Source: Synechococcus sp. (GTDB taxonomy: Bacteria; Cyanobacteriota; Cyanobacteriia; PCC-6307; Cyanobiaceae). From it: 64,000 bases of DNA. Numbering within the stretch: the first letter of the stretch is position 1; the number at the start of each line of letters is the position of its first letter. The DNA lies in assembly GCA_047285305.1 (NCBI GenBank), contig JBJBDL010000003.1, forward strand, positions 320,001-384,000, in the 5' to 3' direction. The notes below the pieces were generated by a model. That model was not told the DNA's origin. It made no database searches and saw nothing but the letters and a program-made list of their open reading frames with translations. Shown piece by piece: positions 21,205 to 31,635 of this stretch. Position numbers and translations under genes: made by a program.

Positions 21205-21947
21205 GCCACAGGGTCGTCACAAAGCAGCAGGCGCCATCTCTGGGATGAAGCCTGTAAATAGAAGCTGCTGCAGGACTCGCACATGAAGCCGTGGTCGGCG
21301 CCGGCGCACTCCACGCAACGCAGGGGCCGGCCAGTGGGATCAACTCTGCGCAGGGCATCACCGATCGCCTCACGAACCTCGGCGGGGATCAAGAGCTCTG
21401 CTGTGCCTAATACGCAGGTGAGCCGCACTTGGACCTCGGGCAACAGACGGCGAGAGGGTTCACCGCCGCCGGGGCGCACCAGGCTTACGCCTGCGCCATA
21501 GAAGTCAAAGAACGCCGCTCCATCGGGCAACGTGGCCGCCAGAAAGGCGGCATGCCCCCGAAGCAAAAGCCCACCACATGGATGCCGGCCTGGGGGTAAC
21601 GGGCCCTCAACCAGCTGACCGCTGCGGCGACATCAGCAATGATCTGCTCGCCTGTGGCGGCCTCCTTCAGACAGATCGGAGGCTTCGTAGGCCAACTCCA
21701 GCCCAGGAGTCATGCGGGCAAAAAACGGCACCGCCAGGGCCGGATTCCCCTGAGCCGCCAGGCGATCGGCCTCACCACGCACCCTGGCGTCTAGCTCAAA
21801 CACCTCAGACAACACGATATGGACACGATATGGACACGATTTCAACCCAATATCGTTCGCTTAAGCCTGAGTCTCTGCCCACCAGCAACGCAGTGGCACA
21901 ACACCCCTAGCCAACTCAACCAAGCCGGGCGAAGGGTAGCTGGACAT
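21201..21947 (-). pseudogene. Disrupted dienelactone hydrolase family gene
   Basis: Fragments LRCWW.., IVLSEVF..ADRLAAQG, VVGFCFG(G), HAAFLAA, ADHGF lie in different frames; in-frame TAA at 21861-21863, frameshifts near 21665 and near 21558. Confidence 0.8.
21812..21840. repeat. 11-bp tandem repeat (~2.6 copies)
   Basis: acacgatatgg acacgatatgg acacgat. Confidence 0.9.
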
Positions 21948-22032
21948 TGTCACAGGCCCGCAGGACACACCCCCAATTGTCACCAGGCAATTCGCTCCGT
22001 ATGGTGGCCGCATTCCAACCTGTCCCACCGGC

Positions 22033-23034
22033 GTGCGATTCCACATCCAACAGGAAAGCGACATTCCGGCGTCGACGCAGCTTTACAACCAGATCTGCTT
22101 CGCCATCGCAGCGCGGCACTACCCACCGGGGCATCGCTTGCCCAGCACCCGCCAACTGGCGATGCAAACGGGATTGCACCGCAACACGATCAGCAAGGTG
22201 TACCGCCAACTAGAAACCGATGGCGTGGTGGAAGCGATGGCCGGCTCCGGCATCTACGTGCGTGACCAGCAAAAGCCCCGGGAAATCAAAACGCCGCAGC
22301 ACATACGTAATCGGGGCGTCACCGATCTGGACCGGGAAGTGCGTAAATGCGTTGATGGTCTGCTGAATGCGGGCTGCACCTTGCAGCAGACCCGGGAACT
22401 GCTGACGCGAGAGATCGATTGGCGCCTGCGCTGCGGCGCCCGCGTGCTAGTGAGCACGCCGCGGGAAGACATCGGTGCCTCCATGCTGATCGCCGAAGAG
22501 CTGGAGCCCTGCCTAGATGTGCCGGTGGAGGTGGTGCCGATGGAGGAGCTGAAAAGCGTGCTGGAGAACTCCAGCAACGGCACCGTGGTGACCAGCCGCT
22601 ACTTCCTACAACCGTTGGAGGAGCTGGCCAAGAAGCACAGCGTTCGTGCTGTGGCCGTTGACCTCAACGACTTCCGACAGGAGCTGGCCATGCTCAAAGA
22701 ACTGCGGCCTGGCAGCTGTGTGGGCCTAGTAAGCATCAGCCCCGGCATCCTGCGGGCCGCAGAGGTGATTCTCCACTCCATGCGAGGCAACGAATTGCTG
22801 CTGATGACCGCCACCCCGGATGTGGGCAGCCGCCTGTTGGCCCTGCTGCGGGCCTCGAGCCACGTGCTCTGTGATCGACCGAGCTTGCCCTTGGTCGAAC
22901 AGAGCCTGCGCCAGAACCGCTCACAATTGATGCGCATGCCCCAGGTGCATTGCGCCGAGAGCTACCTCAGCACCGATACGATCGACCTGCTCCGCAAGGA
23001 GATCGGCCTTCAAACCCCAGTGGCCGCCAGCTGA
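22033..23034 (+). CDS. GntR-family regulator (cyanobacterial PlmA-like)
   Basis: PGHRLPSTRQLA..HRNTISKVYRQLE..GSGIYV wHTH. Confidence 0.9.
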   Translation: MRFHIQQESDIPASTQLYNQICFAIAARHYPPGHRLPSTRQLAMQTGLHRNTISKVYRQLETDGVVEAMAGSGIYVRDQQKPREIKTPQHIRNRGVTDLDREVRKCVDGLLNAGCTLQQTRELLTREIDWRLRCGARVLVSTPREDIGASMLIAEELEPCLDVPVEVVPMEELKSVLENSSNGTVVTSRYFLQPLEELAKKHSVRAVAVDLNDFRQELAMLKELRPGSCVGLVSISPGILRAAEVILHSMRGNELLLMTATPDVGSRLLALLRASSHVLCDRPSLPLVEQSLRQNRSQLMRMPQVHCAESYLSTDTIDLLRKEIGLQTPVAAS

Positions 23035-23044
23035 CACCTCTGCG

Positions 23045-23791
23045 ATGTTTGATTACATCCGTGCCGACCTCGCGATCATCCGCGAGCGCGATCCGGCTGC
23101 CCGTGGCTGGCTGGAAATCGTGTGCTGCTATCCCGGCTTCCAAGCGATCAGCCTGCATCGGATCAGCCACCGCCTCTGGACCTGCCATCTGCCGCTAAAG
23201 CTGGCGGCCCGTTGCCTCAGCCAGATCGGCCGGACCCTCACTGGCATTGAAATCCACCCCGGCGCCCGGATCGGGCACAGCGTGTTCATCGACCACGGCA
23301 TGGGGGTGGTGATCGGCGAAACCGCCGAAATCGGCAACCGTTGCTTGCTCTACCAGGGGGTGACCCTGGGGGGCACGGGCAAAGAGCACGGCAAACGACA
23401 CCCCACGCTTGCCGAAAACGTTGTGGTCGGAGCTGGCGCCAAGGTGCTTGGTGCGATCACGATCGGAGCCAACACCCGGATCGGCGCCGGCTCCGTGGTA
23501 GTGCGCGATGTGGAGAGCGACTGCACGGTGGTGGGAATCCCTGGACGGGTGATCCACCAGAGCGGTGTGCGAATCAACCCACTGGCACACTCCGCTTTGC
23601 CCGACGCGGAGGCAAGCGTGATCCGCAACCTGATGGAACGGATCGATGAACTGGAGAGCACCGTGGGCAACCTGCAACGCTGCCTGCGGGAAGTGGCGGA
23701 GGGCCGGGCGCTACGGGAAGTGTGCCGCGGCGAGGCCCAGAACCTCAAAGACCGGGAGATTCTGGAGTTTCTGGGCGAGGAGACCGGCTGA
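23045..23791 (+). CDS. cysE: Serine O-acetyltransferase
   Basis: RDPAA, GIEIHPGA, IDHGMGVVIGET, GVTLGGTG..KRHPT. Confidence 0.97.
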   Translation: MFDYIRADLAIIRERDPAARGWLEIVCCYPGFQAISLHRISHRLWTCHLPLKLAARCLSQIGRTLTGIEIHPGARIGHSVFIDHGMGVVIGETAEIGNRCLLYQGVTLGGTGKEHGKRHPTLAENVVVGAGAKVLGAITIGANTRIGAGSVVVRDVESDCTVVGIPGRVIHQSGVRINPLAHSALPDAEASVIRNLMERIDELESTVGNLQRCLREVAEGRALREVCRGEAQNLKDREILEFLGEETG

Positions 23792-23801
23792 AGCTGGTGC
23801 C

Positions 23802-26615
23802 TCAGGCCTCAGATGCAGGGCGCGAAGGCTGGAACATGAACATCGAATAAATCACGTTCCGGCGCATGTTGGTCATCATCTCGAGGAACATGTCATAACC
23901 CTCGTTCTTGTATTCGATCAGAGGATCCTTCTGGCCGTAGCCACGCAGGCCGACTGACTCCCGCAGAGCATCCATCGCCTGGAGATGTTCCCGCCAGAGC
24001 GTGTCGACCTGCTGAAGGATGAAGAAGCGCTCCGCCTCACGCATGAGCCCTGGCCGTTGCTGCTCGATCTGCGCCTCTTTGAGGTCGTAGGCATTGCGCA
24101 GTTGCTCCTGGAGGAACGCCTTGAGTTCCTCCATGCCAAGGCCCTGCACCTGCTCGGGGGTGAGGTCTTCGAGGAGATAGATGAACTCCTTCACCTTGCC
24201 CACCAGCTGAGCCAGATCCCATTCCTCGGGCGGCAGATCGGGATTCACATAGGCCTCCACAATCTCAGCCATCGTGCGTTCGCCGTATCCGATTACCTGC
24301 TTCTTCAGGGCACGGCCATCGAGCACCCGCCGGCGCTCGGAATACACCGCCCGGCGCTGGTTGTTCATCACCTCGTCGTACTCGAACACCTGCTTGCGGA
24401 TGTCGTAGTAATAGGTCTCTACCTTCTTCTGGGCCCCTTCCAAGGAACGGGTAAGCATGCCGGATTCAATCGGCATGTCTTCCTCAACACGGAACGCATT
24501 CATCAAGCCTGCAACGCGGTCCCCTCCGAATATGCGCAGGAGGTTGTCGCCTAATGAGAGGAAGAAGCGGGTGGAGCCGGGGTCGCCCTGACGGCCGGCC
24601 CGGCCGCGCAGCTGGTTGTCGACCCGGCGGGACTCATGCCGTTCGGTGCCGATCACGTGAAGTCCGCCGGCTTCGCGCACGCGGACTTCGTCCTGCTTCA
24701 CCACCGCGTCGTACTCCGCCTTCACCAGGGCAATGGCCTCGCGCAAGACCTGGATCTGCGGGTCATCGGTGGGGGCCTTTTCAGCAGCGGTGGCGATACG
24801 CTCTTCTAGCTCGATCACCGTGAGAGCTCTATCACCCCAGGCCTTCACCAGATCACGGGCCAACTGGCCGAGGGCCTGATCGGTCTCGTCGGTGAGGGGA
24901 CAGGGATAAAGGCTTTCACCGCTGCGGGGCAGCGTTGAGGCAGCGGCATCAGCAAAACCGCCAGCAGCGGTACTGCGCTGGAGAGGCACCGGGGGTTTGT
25001 GGTCGTCTTCCGGTTTGACCAGACGGCCCAGCAACACTTCCCGCAACTTCAAACGGGCCATGTAGTCACTGTTGCCACCCAGGATGATGTCGGTGCCGCG
25101 GCCCGCCATGTTGGTGGCGATGGTCACCGCTCCAGCACGACCGGCCTGAGCCACGATCTCGGATTCCCGTTCCACGTTCTCGGGCTTGGCGTTGAGCAGG
25201 TTGTGGGGGATCTCTTGCTCCGCCAACAGAGAACTGAGCAACTCGCTCTTTTCTACTGACGTGGTGCCCACAAGCACCGGCCGGCCTTTCTTGTGGATCT
25301 CGGCGGTTTCATTGGCGACGGCCCGCCACTTGGCGGATTCGGTTTTGTACACCTGATCGGCCCAGTCCTGGCGTGCCCGCACACGATTAGTGGGCACGAT
25401 GGTGGTTTCGAGCTTGTAGGTCTTCTCGAATTCCACCTCCTCTGTTTTGGCCGTACCGGTCATGCCGGCCAAGCGGGGATAGAGAAGAAAGAAGTTCTGG
25501 TACGTGATCGAGGCAAGGGTCTGGGTTTCCGCCTGAATCGGCAAGGCCTCCTTGGCTTCGATCGCCTGGTGCTGGCCGTCACTCCAGCGGCGCCCCGGCA
25601 TCACCCGACCGGTGAACTCATCCACAATCACCGCTTCACCATCGCGCACGATGTAATTCACATCCTTCACGAACAGCTCCTTGGCCTTAAGGGCATTGGT
25701 GATGTAGTGGGCCCAGGGGTCCTGGGGGTCAAACAGGTCTTTCACCCCGAGCATCTGCTCCGCCTTGGCAAAGCCCTCATCGGTGAGGGTGCAGCTGCGC
25801 TGCTTCTCGTCCACCTCGTAATCGCCTTCCGGATCGATGCCGTCCTTACCCATTTCGGCGGCGCGCTCGAGGGCCAAAGCCACCTGGGCTGCCTGCTGAT
25901 ACTTCTCCTGGGGCCGCTCCACCTGGCCGGAAATGATCAGAGGCGTGCGGGCTTCGTCGATCAGGATTGAATCCACCTCATCGATCACGCAGTACTGAAA
26001 CTCCCGCTGCACCACCTCTGAGATGTCGGCAGCCATGTTGTCACGCAGGTAGTCGAAGCCCAACTCTGAATTGGTGGCGTATGTGATATCGCAGTAATAG
26101 TTACGCCGCCGTTCCTCCGGTCGCATGTCCTGCTGAATCAGGCCAACGGAAAGCCCAAGAAAGCGGTGCACCTGGCCCATCCATTCGGCATCGCGGCGAG
26201 CCAGGTAGTCGTTCACCGTCACCACATGCACCCCGCGGCCGGTGAGGGCGTTGAGGTAACTAGGCAAGGTGGCTACAAGGGTTTTGCCTTCGCCGGTTTT
26301 CATCTCAGCGATCTGGCCCTCATGCAGCACCATGCCGCCGATCAGCTGCACATCGAAATGGCGCATGCCGAGAACCCGCTTTCCAGCTTCACGCACCACC
26401 GCGAAGGCCTCAGGCAAGATTTCGTCGAGAATCGGACGCTGGTTGGCCAAGCTGCCCGCGTTGGCGAGACGTTGCTGGAATGACGCGGTTTTCTCGCGCA
26501 ATTGCTCATCAGTCAGAGGAGCAATCTCCTCTTCGAACAAGTTGATGTCAGAAACAATCGGCTGGTAGCGCTTCAGCTTGCGGGCATTGGGGTCACCCAA
26601 CAGCAGCTTGAGCAT
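23802..26615 (-). CDS. secA: Preprotein translocase ATPase SecA
   Basis: [51 protein letters not shown]. Confidence 0.99.
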   Translation of the reverse strand: MLKLLLGDPNARKLKRYQPIVSDINLFEEEIAPLTDEQLREKTASFQQRLANAGSLANQRPILDEILPEAFAVVREAGKRVLGMRHFDVQLIGGMVLHEGQIAEMKTGEGKTLVATLPSYLNALTGRGVHVVTVNDYLARRDAEWMGQVHRFLGLSVGLIQQDMRPEERRRNYYCDITYATNSELGFDYLRDNMAADISEVVQREFQYCVIDEVDSILIDEARTPLIISGQVERPQEKYQQAAQVALALERAAEMGKDGIDPEGDYEVDEKQRSCTLTDEGFAKAEQMLGVKDLFDPQDPWAHYITNALKAKELFVKDVNYIVRDGEAVIVDEFTGRVMPGRRWSDGQHQAIEAKEALPIQAETQTLASITYQNFFLLYPRLAGMTGTAKTEEVEFEKTYKLETTIVPTNRVRARQDWADQVYKTESAKWRAVANETAEIHKKGRPVLVGTTSVEKSELLSSLLAEQEIPHNLLNAKPENVERESEIVAQAGRAGAVTIATNMAGRGTDIILGGNSDYMARLKLREVLLGRLVKPEDDHKPPVPLQRSTAAGGFADAAASTLPRSGESLYPCPLTDETDQALGQLARDLVKAWGDRALTVIELEERIATAAEKAPTDDPQIQVLREAIALVKAEYDAVVKQDEVRVREAGGLHVIGTERHESRRVDNQLRGRAGRQGDPGSTRFFLSLGDNLLRIFGGDRVAGLMNAFRVEEDMPIESGMLTRSLEGAQKKVETYYYDIRKQVFEYDEVMNNQRRAVYSERRRVLDGRALKKQVIGYGERTMAEIVEAYVNPDLPPEEWDLAQLVGKVKEFIYLLEDLTPEQVQGLGMEELKAFLQEQLRNAYDLKEAQIEQQRPGLMREAERFFILQQVDTLWREHLQAMDALRESVGLRGYGQKDPLIEYKNEGYDMFLEMMTNMRRNVIYSMFMFQPSRPASEA

Positions 26616-26697
26616 GGAAGGCGCCTAATCGTCTGCGAGACACCCTACTGAGGCTTATCCGCAGAGATACTGCGGCCATCCGTACCACGAGATCGCT

Positions 26698-27975
26698 ATG
26701 GCACGCCTGGAGCAGGCCCTGCAACTGCGCAAGCTGGCTCAGCGGCTAGCAACTTCGGACGAAGCAATCGCCTCTCATCCACAGTTGGTGTTTGGAGCAT
26801 TGGTCAAACTAAAGAAAGCGAGGCCTGGCCTAATTGCCGCCCTGAGTAGCGGATGGGGCTATCAAACGATCAAACGCATAAAGCATCCGAAACTGACTCT
26901 CTGGAGAACGCTGGCAAGGCCTGACCAGGTCAAACACGACACCACAAACAAACTCTTACGAGATATTCAAGAAACAGGGGCATGGAGTGAGATTCAAACA
27001 GTAAAGAAACAACGCGGTGAGCGACTGGCAACAGAACCGTGGAATCATCATGCGCGCTTGAAAAAAGCCGATGGGCTTATTACACGGCTTGAACAAAAAA
27101 TTTCTGATCGCGGCAAGGTAAAACTATTTTTTTGGCACCACTACGATTCTCTAGGATTCTTGCCACGGAGTTGGCTAAACGTCCTACAAACTTTACGCAG
27201 GCGCGACTGGGTGGTTATTGTCTCAAGCTCTAGACTAAATATCGATTCTCAACACCAACTCGAACGCGCAGGATGCATCATTAGTGAACGAAAAAATATA
27301 GGCATGTGCCTTGGAGCCTATCGAGACTTCTGCTGCTTACTCAATGAACATAAACACCTACGCAACCAAATTCAGAATCTGGTACTTTGCAATGACAGCA
27401 CATTGCCCGTCGGAGGAGACGAACCGTTCTGCAACCAAATTGAAAGCGTCAACTCAAATTTCCGAACTGATACTGCTCAAATGACGGGAATGACTGATTC
27501 TATTCAGACAACTGCCTATCACATTCAGAGCTATTTCCTGTCAATTAACTCGTGCCTGCTTCAACAGCATTGCTGGCCTCAATTCTGGGAACGCTTCAAT
27601 CCCTATGGGGACAAGGATGATCTGATACAACGAGGCGAAGTAGGACTCTCTCAATGGCTGCTGAAGCAAGGCATTAGCATTAAGGCACATTATTCACTCG
27701 TATCTATTTTATTAGGTAAACCTGGCGCTTATCCTGAACTCAAAGATCTCGACCTCCGTCAGCCCAAAGAGGTAAACGTCACACTGATGTGCTGGAAGGC
27801 ATTGCTCGAAGCAGGCTTCCCACTTATAAAAAAACAGCTATTGCTCGACCCCCCGCACTTTTTACCAAGAGCCATTCCAATGAGCGAGCTGTCTGAACAC
27901 CTGAGCAATAAAGATGAGCATCTCAGCAATGACCTCGAACAGCTTCTGAAATCGAGATTTTTGAAAGTTTGCTAA
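26698..27975 (+). CDS. Rhamnan synthesis protein F (RgpF)-like glycosyltransferase
   Basis: HHYD, RKNIG.CLGAYRD, LVLCNDS, GMTDS, HIQSYFL, EVGLSQ, GFPLIKK. Confidence 0.75.
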   Translation: MARLEQALQLRKLAQRLATSDEAIASHPQLVFGALVKLKKARPGLIAALSSGWGYQTIKRIKHPKLTLWRTLARPDQVKHDTTNKLLRDIQETGAWSEIQTVKKQRGERLATEPWNHHARLKKADGLITRLEQKISDRGKVKLFFWHHYDSLGFLPRSWLNVLQTLRRRDWVVIVSSSRLNIDSQHQLERAGCIISERKNIGMCLGAYRDFCCLLNEHKHLRNQIQNLVLCNDSTLPVGGDEPFCNQIESVNSNFRTDTAQMTGMTDSIQTTAYHIQSYFLSINSCLLQQHCWPQFWERFNPYGDKDDLIQRGEVGLSQWLLKQGISIKAHYSLVSILLGKPGAYPELKDLDLRQPKEVNVTLMCWKALLEAGFPLIKKQLLLDPPHFLPRAIPMSELSEHLSNKDEHLSNDLEQLLKSRFLKVC

Positions 27976-28979
27976 ACTACCCTATCGCAATTGCAGATGT
28001 GCAACTTTCCATCCTCGTAGTATCGCGGAACGCAGAGCTTCTCTCGGCAATGCTGGAGACACTTAAAGAGGCACTCCACTTACCGAAAGAATCCGTTGAA
28101 ATCCTATGTTCATGGAACGGGCCTGCCGGATCCGAGGCCAATATCAACAACAATTCAGGCTATGAATTTTTAGTAGCCCAGCGGGATTCTTATCATTTTG
28201 CCAAAAACGTCAACAGCTTGGCATTAAAAGCATCGGGCGATATCCTTGCGTTGCTTAACGATGATGTTTTGCTTGACCCAAATAGTCTGGATGCGGGCTT
28301 AAGCTGTATAAAAAACCAATCATCACCAACATTGGTTGGAGGTTTACTGCGCACGCCTGACCAGCTTCTCCAACATATTGGCTTTACCTTCGATGCAAGA
28401 TTCAACCCTCACCACATTGCCGAAGGGATGATTCAAGCAAAGGATGCCTGTGACGACGAATTACACTTCGAAGTCCCTGCCGTGACAGCAGCAGTCGCTC
28501 TAGTTAGACGAGATATATTTTCACAAATACGACTAAACGAAAGCTATCAACGCTGCGGGGAAGATGTTGAATTTAACCTCGACCTTCGTCAAAAACTCCA
28601 AGGTCATATTTTGCTCTGTCCACAACTAAGCGGCATCCACATCGAAAGTGCAACGAGAGCCGAAACTGGTGAGAAAGGCAACACTTCTGAAGATCAAGTG
28701 AGGTTGCGTTCTCGTAGAAGAGATTTTTTCGAGCAAGCCTCAGCAACACAAATGCGCGTTGAACTGGAGATGTCCAGTCGAGAGCGCAGCCTGAACCACA
28801 AGGCCATGGATTCCCTCAAAAAAGAACAACAGCAGCTTCGAAGAGATCGTGATCATTGGCAGCAGCAAGCCCAAAAACAGCTTCGAAGAGATCATGATCA
28901 TTGGAAGCGGCAAGCCCAAGTACTACAGCTGGAAGTCCTGCGACTAAAGGACATGACTCAACGGCAGCGAGAGGAATGA
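27969..28979 (+). CDS. Glycosyltransferase family 2 with C-terminal coiled coil
   Basis: FAKNVN, LLNDD, AVTAA, EDVEFNL, HIESATR. Confidence 0.85.
   Translation: MLNYPIAIADVQLSILVVSRNAELLSAMLETLKEALHLPKESVEILCSWNGPAGSEANINNNSGYEFLVAQRDSYHFAKNVNSLALKASGDILALLNDDVLLDPNSLDAGLSCIKNQSSPTLVGGLLRTPDQLLQHIGFTFDARFNPHHIAEGMIQAKDACDDELHFEVPAVTAAVALVRRDIFSQIRLNESYQRCGEDVEFNLDLRQKLQGHILLCPQLSGIHIESATRAETGEKGNTSEDQVRLRSRRRDFFEQASATQMRVELEMSSRERSLNHKAMDSLKKEQQQLRRDRDHWQQQAQKQLRRDHDHWKRQAQVLQLEVLRLKDMTQRQREE
28833..28919 (+). repeat. 45-bp in-frame tandem duplication
   Basis: cagcttcgaagagatc(g/a)tgatcattgg...caagcccaa twice; QLRRDRDHWQQQAQK / QLRRDHDHWKRQAQV. Confidence 0.9.
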
Positions 28980-30478
28980 CTATGAAGATTAGCTCTCACT
29001 TCGAACGGCCCCTGCAAGGAAAGCGTGTTCTTGTCACAGCACTAGATCTTGAGCAACGTGAACATCGCGGCATTGCCGTGTATTCAAAAGCACTAATTCG
29101 TCACTTGCGGCTTATGGGGGCAGAGGTTTGGCTTCTGACCCAATTCCAACCCATTATCTCAGATCTGCGTTCACTCCCAAAGGAAACACAGCAGATTACA
29201 TACAGCGCCCGCACGCTGAATGAGTTGGTGCATGGCAAAACGGTAAATACGCCAAAACTTGAGCGCCTTTTTCCATTTCTCGCCCGGTTCGGCAACCGCT
29301 ATCGGCGTCTCCACAAGGGCTTAAGCAGATTCTTTGGCAAAACATCGTTTCGATACAAAGAGATGAAAAGTTTCCACCTGAGTGCACTCAGCGATAACCC
29401 CAATCTGCGTATCAATCGACTGGATTATCTCCAAGATGTAGACGGGATTGTCAGCCTAGACGATGTATATGAAGCAAGCCAAGTGGCTGCTTTGCGAAGA
29501 CAACGCAAACCAGTAAGTATCGATCTACAAGGGTTTGACGCATTCATCACCTGCTGCCCACTCAATCTGCGACCAATTAACACGCCGGTGTTCGTGCAAA
29601 CGGTGCACGATCTGATCGCCCTGGAGTACGTGCCTCACAACGAGAATGTGCGCCAGTTCACCCATCGCCTCCAGGCCTGTCTGCCAGCGCAGCGAATTCA
29701 CGTATCCAGTTCCACCTGCCGCAAATTCCACACCCACATCAATGGGGATTCGGCTCAGGGGCCACTTGGCGGAGAAGAAATCGTGGTACAGCCTCCCTCG
29801 TTGCATCTACCAACTCTGCAGCGGAATGCTGGGGATCAGGCCAATGACCTGCCACCCTCCAGCCACCTGCTGCAAGATTTGCACTCAGAACGGACAAGCA
29901 AACCATCAGCCTTGAAGCCCTTCCGCTACATGCTGTTCAACTCATCAGTGGAAGCACGCAAAAACTTACTTTTCCTGGTGAAAGCCTTTGCCCAATCAGG
30001 CCTGGGTCGTGAAGGAATTCGCCTTTGCGTAACTGGAAAACTCAAATCCGATTCCTACAGCAAGGCCGTACGCGAGGTGGTGGCTAGCGAACCCGCCATT
30101 CTTCTCACCGGTTATGTGGATGAAGCCACGAAACTAGATCTTTATCTCAATGCTCTGGCACTGTTGAGCCCCTCCCTCGTGGAGGGCTTCGGGATTCCTG
30201 TTCTGGATGCCGCCTGCCTTGGGCTCCCTGCTTTGGCTAGCTCCTGCGATGCCCACCGCGAAATCCACGATCTGTTTGATTTCAGCAACTACGTCCTGCC
30301 CATATCCATCCTGGAAACCCGCGACTGGGCTGCTGCCATGCAGGCCACCGCCTCTTTGCACAACCACATGGCGGATGAACCAGAAGAGCGGATGCGACGC
30401 CTACGCCGTTACATACGTATGAGCACTCGGATCGAAACGCGTTTCGAAGAACAGATCGCTCAACTTATGCTTCCTTAA
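28976..30478 (+). CDS. Glycosyltransferase family 4
   Basis: ATGA overlap with the upstream gene; RGIAVYS, TVHDLI, EARKN, EGFGIPVLDAACLG. Confidence 0.85.
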   Translation: MTMKISSHFERPLQGKRVLVTALDLEQREHRGIAVYSKALIRHLRLMGAEVWLLTQFQPIISDLRSLPKETQQITYSARTLNELVHGKTVNTPKLERLFPFLARFGNRYRRLHKGLSRFFGKTSFRYKEMKSFHLSALSDNPNLRINRLDYLQDVDGIVSLDDVYEASQVAALRRQRKPVSIDLQGFDAFITCCPLNLRPINTPVFVQTVHDLIALEYVPHNENVRQFTHRLQACLPAQRIHVSSSTCRKFHTHINGDSAQGPLGGEEIVVQPPSLHLPTLQRNAGDQANDLPPSSHLLQDLHSERTSKPSALKPFRYMLFNSSVEARKNLLFLVKAFAQSGLGREGIRLCVTGKLKSDSYSKAVREVVASEPAILLTGYVDEATKLDLYLNALALLSPSLVEGFGIPVLDAACLGLPALASSCDAHREIHDLFDFSNYVLPISILETRDWAAAMQATASLHNHMADEPEERMRRLRRYIRMSTRIETRFEEQIAQLMLP

Positions 30479-30494
30479 AGAGGGTTCCATCCGA

Positions 30495-31601
30495 TCAACT
30501 CGCACTGCATAGTTGGCGGAATTGTTCATCGATACTGGACACCTGAGCGTCCAGACTCAACCTCTGAGCCAGGGAGTAGCCTGCCTGCGACAGCTGCGTC
30601 CATAGTTGTCGATCGTGCAGACAAGCGATCACGTGATCAGCCAGGACCCTGCCATCGTCATCCACAGGAAAAAACAGCGATGAGTCCTGGTGAAATTCCC
30701 TGTGGACGGGAATATCGCTGATCAGCGTGGGAATTCCCTCGGCCTTGGCCTCGAGAATTGGATAGTCGAACCCCTCCTCGGTGCTGGCCGAGAGCACTGC
30801 CAGGCTGGAGCGCAGATGCTCCAACAACTGCTCTTGTGTCAACGCATCAATCAGCTGTACCTGCTCTGGCCGAGGCAACTGGCGCTGCATCCGATGTAAC
30901 AACGTCGACTGGCGCCCGCCACGCCCCACGATGCGCAATACGCCCCGCCACTGGGGCCAGCGGCGCTGAAGCTGGTCAATGCCCCGAAATAGAGCCGGCA
31001 GATTCTTGTTCACGTCATGCCTTGCCAAGACCAACAGGTTTTCGCTGACTGGGCTCTGCACCGACGGACGCTGGATCGTGATTCCGTTGGGAATCACTTC
31101 GATCCGACCCGCCTCCACACCGAACTCCACCAGCTGATCCGCTACATAACGGCTAATGGCGATTAGCCGGGTGGCGGTGCGGCAATGGCGGGGCTGCCAA
31201 AAGCGATAGCGCATCCAAGCTTTACGGCTATTGGAGGCCACCAAAGGGGTTAGGTCGTGGCAGGTGATCAGCTGGGGGACCTCGGGCCACACCAACAGAG
31301 CATCAAAAAACGGGGAATAAATCCCCTCTAGCTGATCAGCAGCAAGCCCATGACGGTGCAGCAGGGCAGGCAAGTCAAGACCGTGCTGTACGAGGCTGTA
31401 CCGCTGCATAAAACGCATGGACCGCCTTGGCGCCAAGGGCGGCGGGCATGTCGTCCATTGGCTTGCAGGCACCAGCTGGCCTTCACCATCAATCCCTAAC
31501 TGCAAGCGCAAGCCTTCCAGCTGTGGGATGACCCTTTGCACATAACTGCAGAAGCCGGAATGGCCAGGCAACCAAGAGAGCAGATTGATCAGCCGAGTCA
31601 T
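30495..31601 (-). CDS. Glycosyltransferase family 4
   Basis: TCHDL, AISRY, IPNG, EGFDYPILEAKAEG..SDIPVHRE. Confidence 0.9.
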   Translation of the reverse strand: MTRLINLLSWLPGHSGFCSYVQRVIPQLEGLRLQLGIDGEGQLVPASQWTTCPPPLAPRRSMRFMQRYSLVQHGLDLPALLHRHGLAADQLEGIYSPFFDALLVWPEVPQLITCHDLTPLVASNSRKAWMRYRFWQPRHCRTATRLIAISRYVADQLVEFGVEAGRIEVIPNGITIQRPSVQSPVSENLLVLARHDVNKNLPALFRGIDQLQRRWPQWRGVLRIVGRGGRQSTLLHRMQRQLPRPEQVQLIDALTQEQLLEHLRSSLAVLSASTEEGFDYPILEAKAEGIPTLISDIPVHREFHQDSSLFFPVDDDGRVLADHVIACLHDRQLWTQLSQAGYSLAQRLSLDAQVSSIDEQFRQLCSAS

Positions 31602-31635
31602 GACAATTGTGATTGCAGCAGGAATCAGGCTTCGA

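Noticed and set aside
21812..21840. Possible CRISPR or iteron repeat
   Set aside because: Contiguous 11-bp units with no spacers and no cas or rep genes
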